DNA of 64,000 nucleotides from an uncultured Gemmatimonadales bacterium (GTDB lineage: Bacteria; Gemmatimonadota; Gemmatimonadetes; Gemmatimonadales; GWC2-71-9): positions 343,075 through 407,074 of the forward strand of contig CAWEWK010000005.1 of NCBI GenBank assembly GCA_963812755.1, written 5' to 3'. Of the stretch, positions 9,560 through 17,541 are shown piece by piece. The translations under genes were made by a program, and so were the position numbers. The notes beneath the pieces are model-generated. The model was not told the origin of the DNA. It saw only the letters and a list, made by a program, of their open reading frames with translations, and ran no database searches. The number at the start of each line of letters is the position of its first letter. Position 1 is the stretch's first letter.

Positions 9560-9812
9560 GGGCCCGTCTTCCAGCGAACCGACCCGCAGGGTCACCGACA
9601 AGGCGCGGCAATGCGTTCCCATCTGGCGGCAGGGAGGAGCGGCCTTCACCGGAGGATGTGACGGCTGAGCTAGCGATGTCATGTGTGCTAAGGTAACTAG
9701 AGTGGAGTTCGGACAATGCGTGACTCGGCCCACTTCCATTGGGAAAGGGCGGGTATATCTTTGTGAACTGGTTCACAAAGTAGGATTCATCAGCTTCGGA
9801 GGCAGAGCGGAG

Positions 9813-10283
9813 ATGCGTGCGACTTCATTGGCGGCGGGCCTCGCCATTGTTCTGGCGGCCTGTGGAGGCGAAAAGAAGGCCGAGGACCAGCAGGCGACGT
9901 CGACTCCCGAGCAGGCTCCGGCTCAGCAGGCCGCACCTGCCGGCACTGGGGCCACCCACGATGTCAACATGGTTCTCGAGGGCAGCAAGTATACCTACCA
10001 GCCGGCCGAGCTCACGATCAAGGTGGGCGACGTGATCCGGTTTCACAACGTGAGCGGCGGTCCCCACAACGTCTCCTTCTGGGGCGACAGCATTCCGAAG
10101 GGCGCGGAGGGTCCGCTGAAGGCCGGGATGCCCGACCAGATGGCACCGCTCGAAGGTCCGCTTCTCACCGAACCCAACGCGACGTACCAGGTGACGTTCG
10201 CGGGCGTTCCGGCTGGCGAGTACAAGTTCTACTGCCTGCCGCATCTGGCGTTGGGGATGAAGGGAAAGCTGACCGTTCAGTAA
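9813..10283 (+). CDS. Blue copper protein (plastocyanin/pseudoazurin-type cupredoxin), lipoprotein
   Basis: Lipobox LAACGG. Type-1 Cu ligands H (GGPHNV) and C-x2-H-x4-M (YCLPHLALGM). Confidence 0.85.
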   Translation: MRATSLAAGLAIVLAACGGEKKAEDQQATSTPEQAPAQQAAPAGTGATHDVNMVLEGSKYTYQPAELTIKVGDVIRFHNVSGGPHNVSFWGDSIPKGAEGPLKAGMPDQMAPLEGPLLTEPNATYQVTFAGVPAGEYKFYCLPHLALGMKGKLTVQ

Positions 10284-10305
10284 TACGCGGTCGTGTAGCT
10301 GGCGG

Positions 10306-11232
10306 CTAGGTGGTTGATGAGGGACGAGCCGGCTCCATGCCGCTCGTCCCTCGTTGCTTTTCCCTTAGGTGCCACCTGGCACTCAGCGCTTTCGCGGTAA
10401 TCACTCCGACTACCATTCCAGCGACCGCGTCCACCCCGTAATGCATCTGACAGTAGACCACGCCAACGGTGAGCAGGAACGTCGGGATCGCCATGGCCAA
10501 TCCGAGCTTGAAGGAGCCCCGGCCGGCGGCTACGGCTGCCGCCACGGTGGCAGCCACGTGGGAGCTGGGGAATGCGGCGCCGTAGGAACTGCCGGCGGCC
10601 AGGACTTGGTAGACCAGGTGCGCAGGACCATTGTCGGTGAACCACTCGGGCGGGCGAGGAAAGAGATAGTAAGGTCCCGCGACCGGGAAAAAGATGAAGG
10701 TGAGATAGCAGAGCACGAAGGTGGTCATCACCACCAGCACGAAGTGCCGTGCGGCCCGCAGATCGCCCTTCCAGAGGAAATAGAAAGCGGGGATCGTCAC
10801 CACGAAGTAGTAGGAGAAATACGCTGCGTGGAGCAGGGAGGACCAGAACCGGCTGGGCGCTGCCTGCCACCATTCCCGGCTGATCTGGCTGCCGAAGATG
10901 GCGAGCTCCCACCGCTGCACCAATGCATCATGCACCGGAACGGTCCCGCGTCCGTTCAGGACGTCGAGCTCGCCGTACAACCCGGCGAGCAGCAACAGCG
11001 GGTAGATCTCGCGCAGCGTCCGGCCCAGCCGTCCCAATCCGGGCCGAGTGATCAGCGCCAGCCAAACGACGAACAGTCCATGGCCGGCCAAGAGCCACCA
11101 GCAATCCGGCTGTTCCCCCAGCCGCGAAATCGCCACCAGCGATACCACACCCAAGTATCCCAGCAGCAACCAATCCACCGCCCGCAGCGGCTCTCTCCGG
11201 CTCAGGCCGGTCTGCTTGGCCGCCGGGGGCAT
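10306..11232 (-). CDS. PAP2-superfamily membrane protein (candidate phospho-headgroup transferase/phosphatase of the sphingolipid operon)
   Basis: Polytopic membrane ORF with PAP2 C2/C3-type motifs FPSSH and HYGVD. ATG at 11232 sits 3 nt from the upstream gene's stop. Confidence 0.75.
   Translation of the reverse strand: MPPAAKQTGLSRREPLRAVDWLLLGYLGVVSLVAISRLGEQPDCWWLLAGHGLFVVWLALITRPGLGRLGRTLREIYPLLLLAGLYGELDVLNGRGTVPVHDALVQRWELAIFGSQISREWWQAAPSRFWSSLLHAAYFSYYFVVTIPAFYFLWKGDLRAARHFVLVVMTTFVLCYLTFIFFPVAGPYYLFPRPPEWFTDNGPAHLVYQVLAAGSSYGAAFPSSHVAATVAAAVAAGRGSFKLGLAMAIPTFLLTVGVVYCQMHYGVDAVAGMVVGVITAKALSARWHLREKQRGTSGMEPARPSSTT
10319..10361 (+). terminator. Intrinsic terminator downstream of the cupredoxin gene
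   Basis: GAGGGACGAGC (10319-10329) pairs with GCTCGTCCCTC (10342-10352), followed by GTTGCTTTT. It lies inside the last codons of the convergent PAP2 ORF. Confidence 0.6.
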
Positions 11233-11234
11233 GG

Positions 11235-12203
11235 CTACAGCCACCCCGCGCTCCGGTACCACTGCCAGGTATCGGCGAGGCCGCTCTCGAGATCGTGCGC
11301 GGCCTGCCACCCGGTCTCGCGGGTGAGTGGGGAAGGGTCTCCGGTCCAGGCGGACTGGAAGAACTCGTTGGCCTTGTCGGTGGTAAGAATCGTTGGCTGC
11401 CGAGCCAGGCGGGCGGAGGCTTCGGTGATCCGGAGTAGCGCTCTACCGATCGGGTCGGGAATCCGCAGAATCGTAATCCGGCGATCCATCGCGCGGGCCA
11501 CCGCCCGTACGAACTCGGCGCTGGTGAAGATCTCAGGGTGACAAGGATAGTAGATCCGCCCCTCGGCACCGCCGGACGTCGCCACCGCTACCAGCGCCGC
11601 GGCGAGGTCCGCTCCATGTACAGCGGAGAGCTGTTGGCCCCCATCACCGAAGACCGGCCCCATGCCGAGTCGTGCCAGGCGGAAGACCTTGAGTACCTCG
11701 CGGTCGCGGGGGCCGTACACCATTGGGGGGCGAAGAATGCACCAGGGAAGCGAGGTGGCGGTCACCACCTGCTCGGCGGCCAGCTTGCTGCGGCCGTAGG
11801 CGGTCACCGGGTGAGGCGGCTCCGAGCCGGTGAGTGGTGCTCCGTAGCGAGCCGGTCCACCGGCCGCCATCGATGACACCAGAATCAGCTTGGGATCACC
11901 AGCTCGTTCGGCGGCGGCTACCAGGTTGGCTGTCCCATCCCGATTCGCCCGCATGAAATCGGCTTCACTTCTCGCGGCTACTACGCCGGCCACGTGGAAG
12001 ACAACGTCCTGATTCTCCACGGCACGCTGGAGCGCCCCGGCATCGTGCAGGTCACCCGGCACTACTTTCACACCCAAGGGAGCCAGCGTCGCGGCTTTGT
12101 TGGACGAGCGGGCCAGCGCCGTTACCTCGTCTCCCCTACGGCGCAGCGCCTCGGCCAGATGGCTGCCGACGAAGCCGGTGGCGCCAGTAACCAGCGCCCT
12201 CAT
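11235..12203 (-). CDS. NAD-dependent epimerase/dehydratase-family (extended SDR) protein, CerR-like candidate
   Basis: MRALVTGATGFVGSHL Rossmann motif and YGRSKLAAE (YxxxK). ATGA overlap with the upstream GNAT gene. Confidence 0.8.
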   Translation of the reverse strand: MRALVTGATGFVGSHLAEALRRRGDEVTALARSSNKAATLAPLGVKVVPGDLHDAGALQRAVENQDVVFHVAGVVAARSEADFMRANRDGTANLVAAAERAGDPKLILVSSMAAGGPARYGAPLTGSEPPHPVTAYGRSKLAAEQVVTATSLPWCILRPPMVYGPRDREVLKVFRLARLGMGPVFGDGGQQLSAVHGADLAAALVAVATSGGAEGRIYYPCHPEIFTSAEFVRAVARAMDRRITILRIPDPIGRALLRITEASARLARQPTILTTDKANEFFQSAWTGDPSPLTRETGWQAAHDLESGLADTWQWYRSAGWL

Positions 12204-13336
12204 ATCGCGCGGTCGTAGAGCCGATAGGTCTTGTAGACCCGGAAAGTCATCTTTTCCAGTCCGGCATTCATCGCCGGGTTGTCTTCGAGAATCCACCCCG
12301 CTTCGCCCCAGGGGATGCCCAGCTCGCCGCACCGGGTCCAGATCCAGTGGTAGAGCATCGCGTCGATGCCCTTGCCCTGATACTCCGGCAGTATACCCAG
12401 GAGCAGGATCCTCACCCGACGGATCTTCCGGGTCTTGAGTGTCCAGAGCAGCTTCGGCAGGATGGGAAGTAACCACCCTTTGCTGTTGCCCTTGAAGACT
12501 ACGTTGAGGTCCGGCAGCACGATCCCGAAGCCGATCACCTTCCCGTCCTTCTCCGCGAACGGCACGATCTCCGGGATGACCACCGGCTTGAACTGCTCCG
12601 CCAGGTGGTCGATCTCCCGGTCGGTCATCGGAACAAAGCCCCAATTCTTCTGCCAAGCCACGTTGTAGACCTGCTTGATGCGCTCGACGTCGCCTTTGAA
12701 GTCCTTCATGTTCAGGGAGCGCAGAGTGATGCCCTGCCGCTTCTGGATCAGCTCGGTACCCCGCGCCAGCCGCTCGGGTACCGGATAGTAGATGGTCTCG
12801 TGGCCTCCCTGGTACACCCAGAGGTCCTTGGCCTTGGTGAATCCGCCGCGCTCCAGCAGGCTGACGTAGTACCTGGGGTTGTGCGGCATCATGAGAGTGG
12901 GAGGTGACTCGAACCCATCGACCAGCAGCCCGCATTCGTCGTTCACCGAGAAGGACGCCGGTCCCCGGAGCACGTCGTGTCCCAGCTGGCGGCACCAGGC
13001 GGCTGCTGCGGCGAAGAGTGCGTCGGCCACGGCCTGGTCGTCGATGCACTCGAAGAATCCAAAGAAGCCCACCCGGTCATCGTGGACTTGATTGTGCAGG
13101 CGGTTGCTGATCGCGGCGATGCGGCCGACCACCTCGCCGTCCCGCTCGGCCAGGAAGTACTCCGCCTCGGCGTGCTCGAAGAATGGATTCTTGCTACGGG
13201 AAAGCAGGGCGGCCACGTCCCGACGCAACGGCGGGACCCAGAGCGGGTCCCGCGCGTGGAGTCGGTAAGGCAGGTCGATGAAGCGCTTGAGGTCTCGTCG
13301 GTCACCCGCCGCGCGGACGCGCAGCGGGTCGGTCAG
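12200..13336 (-). CDS. GNAT-like N-acyltransferase (candidate bacterial ceramide synthase type); start codon unresolved
   Basis: C-terminal GNAT motif A (LPEYQGKGIDAML). Conserved N-terminus DLKRFIDLPYRLH. No in-frame ATG/GTG/TTG seen between the far-upstream ATG at 13621 and about 13190. Only CTG at 13336 and 13324. Confidence 0.65.
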   Translation of the reverse strand: MTDPLRVRAAGDRRDLKRFIDLPYRLHARDPLWVPPLRRDVAALLSRSKNPFFEHAEAEYFLAERDGEVVGRIAAISNRLHNQVHDDRVGFFGFFECIDDQAVADALFAAAAAWCRQLGHDVLRGPASFSVNDECGLLVDGFESPPTLMMPHNPRYYVSLLERGGFTKAKDLWVYQGGHETIYYPVPERLARGTELIQKRQGITLRSLNMKDFKGDVERIKQVYNVAWQKNWGFVPMTDREIDHLAEQFKPVVIPEIVPFAEKDGKVIGFGIVLPDLNVVFKGNSKGWLLPILPKLLWTLKTRKIRRVRILLLGILPEYQGKGIDAMLYHWIWTRCGELGIPWGEAGWILEDNPAMNAGLEKMTFRVYKTYRLYDRAI

Positions 13337-14538
13337 ATGACCCCCAGGTCCCGTCCGATCGTGGCGAACTGCTCCAAGGCGAAATCGATCTGGTCGAAGG
13401 TGTGGGTCGCCATGAGACTGGTGCGCAGTCGGCACTGCGACGGCGGCACTGCCGGCGGGGCCACCGGGTTGGTAAACACGCCCGCGTCGAACAAGCGTCG
13501 CCACATGAGGAAGGTCTTCTCCAAGGGACCGATCAGCACCGGCACGATCGGTGTCTCCGTGGGGCCGATGTCGAAGCCGAGACTCCGGAACCCGTCGTGC
13601 AGCCGCCGAGTGTTGGCCCACAGCTGGTCCCGGCGCTCCGGCTGATCCTGCAGTACCTGGAGGGCTGCGAGTACACCCGCGGTGTTGGCCGGCGGCAGGG
13701 ACGCGGTAAAGATGAGCGGCCGGCTGTGGTGCCGCAGGTAGTGAATGACGCTGTCCGACGCAGCGACGAACCCGCCGATCGAGGCAAGCGATTTGGAGAA
13801 CGTGCCTGCGATGATGTCGACCTCATCGGTGAGGCCGAAGTGCGCCGCGGTCCCGTCGCCGTTGGGGCCCAGCACTCCGAGGGCGTGGGCATCGTCCAGG
13901 GCCAGTGCGGCGCCGTACTTCCGAGCCACCCGGATCAATCCGGGCACGTCGGCGATGTTGCCTTCCATCGAATAGACACCGTCCACCACGATCATCGAAC
14001 CGCGGCCGGAGCCATTCCGCTCCATCCGGCGCTCGAGATTGGCCAAATCGCCATGGTTGAAGCGCTCGGTCTCGCCGTAGGAGAGTTTCGCGCCGTCCAC
14101 GATGGAGGCGTGGTCCAGCTTGTCCAGATAAACGACCTCTCCCCGACCCACCAACCCGGAGATCAGCCCCAGGTTGGCGGAGTAACCGGTCGAGAACACC
14201 AGGCAGGCTTCCTTGCCCAGGAATTCAGCCAGCGAGGTCTCGAGCTGCTCGTGGAGGTCCAGCGTACCGTTGAGGAACCGGCTGCCGGTGCAGCCCGACC
14301 CGTAACGGGACAGCGCCCGGGAGGCGGCCTCGAGCACCTTCGGATGGTGGGTCAGGCCGAGGTAGTTGTTGGAGCCGAGCATGATCCGTTTCTGACCGTC
14401 GATGACGACAACGGTGTCCTCCGATTCGGAAATCGGTTTGAAATACGGATACAGCCCGACCGCCTTAAGCTCGCGCGCTTTGGTGAACTGGCGGCACTTT
14501 TCGAACAGCGCGACTTGCTGAAGCTCTTGGGTGTCCAC
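13333..14538 (-). CDS. spt: Alpha-oxoamine synthase family PLP enzyme, serine palmitoyltransferase-like
   Basis: 401 aa. N-terminus ...LYPYFKPISESEDTVVVIDGQKRIMLGSNNYLGLTHHPKV. PLP-lysine motif TFSKSLASIGGF. First gene of a 4-gene operon with lipid-type partners. Confidence 0.82.
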   Translation of the reverse strand: MDTQELQQVALFEKCRQFTKARELKAVGLYPYFKPISESEDTVVVIDGQKRIMLGSNNYLGLTHHPKVLEAASRALSRYGSGCTGSRFLNGTLDLHEQLETSLAEFLGKEACLVFSTGYSANLGLISGLVGRGEVVYLDKLDHASIVDGAKLSYGETERFNHGDLANLERRMERNGSGRGSMIVVDGVYSMEGNIADVPGLIRVARKYGAALALDDAHALGVLGPNGDGTAAHFGLTDEVDIIAGTFSKSLASIGGFVAASDSVIHYLRHHSRPLIFTASLPPANTAGVLAALQVLQDQPERRDQLWANTRRLHDGFRSLGFDIGPTETPIVPVLIGPLEKTFLMWRRLFDAGVFTNPVAPPAVPPSQCRLRTSLMATHTFDQIDFALEQFATIGRDLGVI

Positions 14539-14610
14539 GGCGCCTCGGTACGTAGAGGTGAGGAGGTCCCCACATCACTATGTCGTTGAACGGCTTAAAC
14601 TAGTCAGCCC

Positions 14611-14704
14611 TGCAAGGTGACACAAGTTGCATCATTGCCCTGGCGGCGCAAGCGGATGCAAGTTGTGGGCTTGGGCTCTCAGTTGGTAGTCCACCCGCAA
14701 CTTG
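14611..14704. promoter_or_regulatory. Four copies of a near-palindromic TGCAA(G/C)(G/T)TG motif in the divergent spt / soxY intergenic region
   Basis: TGCAAGGTG 14611-19; CAAGTTGCA 14623-31; TGCAAGTTG 14657-65; GCAACTTG 14697-704. Confidence 0.4.
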
Positions 14705-14736
14705 ACTTGCCCCCGCCTCCCTCCAAACCTTAGTCC

Positions 14737-15249
14737 ATGGCGTCAAGTAACGGTTTCTCGCGGCGGGACTTTCTCCGTGCTTCCGGGCTGGCGGCGGCAG
14801 GGTTCCTCGGTGGCGGGGCCCTGGGACCAAGCGAGCGCCTGCTGGCGCTGGCCCAGCCGGGGATGGACCCCGGCGATCCCGAGGTTCCCAACGAGGAAGT
14901 CGCCCGGATCCTCCGGACCCTCTTTGGTGAGCGTCCGATCCGTCGGGGCCACGTCGAGCTGGACATGCCGCTGGTGGCGGAGGACGGTCGCGTAGTCCCG
15001 GTGATCATCGAAAGCGATCTCCCGATGACCCAGGAGCGTCACGTCCAGGCGGTGCACCTCATCGTAGACCACAATCCCGACGCTCATCTGGCCGCGTTCC
15101 ATCTGACGCCCGCGGTCGGCTCGGTCTCGATTTCCACCCGGATCAAGATGAAGCGGACTACCTGGGTTCGAGCCATTGTGGAAACCAACACTGGGGAAGT
15201 CTGGGCCGGGTATAGTCGGGTGCAGGTCACGACCAACGGTTGCGGATGA
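14737..15249 (+). CDS. soxY: Sulfur-carrier protein SoxY
   Basis: Tat signal SRRDFLRASGLAAAG. C-terminus ...VTTNGCG* matches the SoxY carrier-cysteine swinging-arm motif. Confidence 0.85.
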   Translation: MASSNGFSRRDFLRASGLAAAGFLGGGALGPSERLLALAQPGMDPGDPEVPNEEVARILRTLFGERPIRRGHVELDMPLVAEDGRVVPVIIESDLPMTQERHVQAVHLIVDHNPDAHLAAFHLTPAVGSVSISTRIKMKRTTWVRAIVETNTGEVWAGYSRVQVTTNGCG

Positions 15250-15587
15250 TGGCGACAACCATCGGTGAAGCCAGAATCAAAATCCCCGACCAGATCCAGC
15301 GGGGAGATACCATCGTGGTGAACTCCATCGTTTCCCATCCGATGGATACGGGGTTCTTCCGGCGCGCGGACGGGAGCCCGATCCCTGCGTATTTCATCAA
15401 GGATGTAATCGTCAGTTACGGCGGTCAGCAGATCGCGCGGTTCCAGTGGACCTCGGGAATCAGTCGCGATCCGGTCATCAGCTTCACTCTCAAGGCCGAC
15501 AAGGAAGCGCCGCTGGCCATGGTCTGGACGGACAACAAGGGCGGCGTCTTCAAGCAGTCGGTCGACATCACCTTCGCGGCAACCTGA
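15246..15587 (+). CDS. soxZ: SoxZ
   Basis: About 113 aa immediately overlapping the soxY stop. Sequence IKIPDQIQRGDTIVVNSIVSHPMDTGF is typical of SoxZ. The alternative TTG at 15240 is the track start. Confidence 0.82.
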   Translation: MMATTIGEARIKIPDQIQRGDTIVVNSIVSHPMDTGFFRRADGSPIPAYFIKDVIVSYGGQQIARFQWTSGISRDPVISFTLKADKEAPLAMVWTDNKGGVFKQSVDITFAAT

Positions 15588-15630
15588 CGCGAGTCGTTCC
15601 CGCCGTCGCACCTTCCCGCCGATCTGACCG

Positions 15631-16578
15631 GTGTCGCTCCTCCTATCACTACTGGCCGGCTGGCAGCTGATTGGCCCGCCCGGCGGCAGGCCGGCGGACC
15701 GGTTTCCCACCCGGCAGCTCGCTGCCGGTGTCTTCGCCGTGGTAGGCGATACGGGAAGGGGATCGGAGGGCCGGCCGAACGCAGGCTTCGTGGTCACTCG
15801 GGAGGGAGTGGTCGCGATCGATGCACTGGGCAGTCCGCGGCAAGGCCTAGTGCTGCTTCGGACCATTAAGTCGATCACCGGGCAGCCGGTCCGATGGCTG
15901 GTTCTTACCCATCATCATCCCGATCATCATTTCGGCGCCATCGTTCTGAAACGAGCCGGTGCGGCCGTCATGGCTCACCCCGACAACCGCGTGTTGGTGG
16001 CCGAAGGTGGACCAGAGGCAATGGTGGAGGAATGGACCCGGGTCGTCGGGGCCGACGCGATGAAGGGTTTCGAATTGGCCGATCGGCCGGACCGGCCGGT
16101 GACCGGGAGCGATACCCTCCGGCTCGGCGGCAAGACGATTGTAGTCTTTCATCCCGGAGTAGCACATTCCGCCGGCGACCTGATGGTCTGGCTTCCCGCC
16201 GAGCGGGTGTTGTTCGCTGGCGACATCCTGGTTGAGGACGGGGTGACAATGGTGGTGGACGGCAATTCATCCGGGCTGCTCCGAGCCCTCGACGCGATCG
16301 ACAGCCTGGGCCCGGCCGTGGTAGTGCCGGGCCATGGGAGAATTCCGGCCACGAGCGCCGAGCTGGTCTCTCGAACTCGAGAATATGTGATGGGGTTGAG
16401 GGCCGACATGCGATCCGCTGTGGAACACGGCGTTCCCCTGCGGCGCGCCACGGCCGCCCTGCCGCCGATCGATGAGAATCGGCCGGTGTCGCTCAACTCG
16501 AGGCGGCGCCGCAACGCGGTCCGAGTCTATTTGGAGGAGGAGCGGGCCTACATGGGTCTCGACTCGGTCAGCCCTTGA
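15631..16578 (+). CDS. MBL-fold metallo-hydrolase (secreted)
   Basis: THHHPDHHFG (HxHxDH) motif and an N-terminal hydrophobic signal. Confidence 0.8.
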   Translation: MSLLLSLLAGWQLIGPPGGRPADRFPTRQLAAGVFAVVGDTGRGSEGRPNAGFVVTREGVVAIDALGSPRQGLVLLRTIKSITGQPVRWLVLTHHHPDHHFGAIVLKRAGAAVMAHPDNRVLVAEGGPEAMVEEWTRVVGADAMKGFELADRPDRPVTGSDTLRLGGKTIVVFHPGVAHSAGDLMVWLPAERVLFAGDILVEDGVTMVVDGNSSGLLRALDAIDSLGPAVVVPGHGRIPATSAELVSRTREYVMGLRADMRSAVEHGVPLRRATAALPPIDENRPVSLNSRRRRNAVRVYLEEERAYMGLDSVSP

Positions 16579-17498
16579 GACTGACCCTCGCGGTCTGGAC
16601 CATCCTGGCGGCAGCGCTGTCGTCCTGCGGCTCCAATCCGAGAACCACCGGCGCGCCGGCACCGAACTCGAAGTTGCCGGGGATCGCTTCGACGGAGCAG
16701 CTTGCGGAGTGGCAGCAGCAGCGGCCGGTCAGCGTGATCGACATCCGCACTGACGTTTTCACCTACTTGAAGGGTCACCTCCCCGGAGCCGTCTACCTCA
16801 ACACCGAAACCCTGAGGGCGAGCCAGGGAGGGACCCCGACCCAACTGTTGGATGGTCCGGCATACGTGAGTCTCTTTTCCCGGCTCGGAATTCGATTCGA
16901 CCGCCCGATCGTGATCTACAGCGCCGGGGAAACTCACAACATCGACGCGACGTTCCTCGCCTGGATTCTCGCCGGTTTCGGCCATCCCGAGGTGTACGTG
17001 CTGGATGGCGGATTCTTCAAGTGGGAGCTGGAGCACCGGCCGGTCGTGAAGCATTACCCCAAGGTGGGCTCGAGTGACTTCCCCGCGGCGCGTTTCCGCC
17101 CCGATGCCGCAACCCTCGCAGAGGTCCAGCAGGCGTTGCGCACTGGTGACGCGATTCTGGTGGACGCACGGCCACCGGACCAGTACGCCGGCGAGGCTGG
17201 GGCTCAGATGCGCCGGGGTCACATTCCGGGTGCGATCAGCCACTACTGGCAAGACGACCTCACTCAAGCCGGCTTCGGCCACGTGTGGAAGCCGGTGGAG
17301 GAGCTACGCACTGATTATGAGAAGCAGGGAATCACGTCAGGGAAGAACATCATCGCCTACTGCAACAGCGCGACCGAGGCCAGCCACGTCCACTTCACGC
17401 TGCGCTACCTGTTGGGGTACCCGCGGGTGAAGGTGTACGTGGGATCCTGGACCGAGTGGGCCGAACGAGAGGATTTGCCGCTGGAGGTCGGGCAGTAG
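16575..17498 (+). CDS. Tandem-rhodanese sulfurtransferase (thiosulfate/3-mercaptopyruvate type), lipoprotein
   Basis: Lipobox LSSCG. Two rhodanese-like halves. Active-site loop YCNSATEAS. 4-nt overlap with the MBL gene. Confidence 0.82.
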   Translation: MRLTLAVWTILAAALSSCGSNPRTTGAPAPNSKLPGIASTEQLAEWQQQRPVSVIDIRTDVFTYLKGHLPGAVYLNTETLRASQGGTPTQLLDGPAYVSLFSRLGIRFDRPIVIYSAGETHNIDATFLAWILAGFGHPEVYVLDGGFFKWELEHRPVVKHYPKVGSSDFPAARFRPDAATLAEVQQALRTGDAILVDARPPDQYAGEAGAQMRRGHIPGAISHYWQDDLTQAGFGHVWKPVEELRTDYEKQGITSGKNIIAYCNSATEASHVHFTLRYLLGYPRVKVYVGSWTEWAEREDLPLEVGQ

Positions 17499-17533
17499 CC
17501 CGGTGCCTCACCCTCTCGGGTGGCAGCACCGGG
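17499..17533. terminator. GC-rich hairpin between convergent rhodanese and amidohydrolase genes
   Basis: CCCGGTGC...GCACCGGG outer stem with nested CACCC/GGGTG. No clear T-tract. Confidence 0.45.
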
Positions 17534-17541
17534 CCCCCAAC

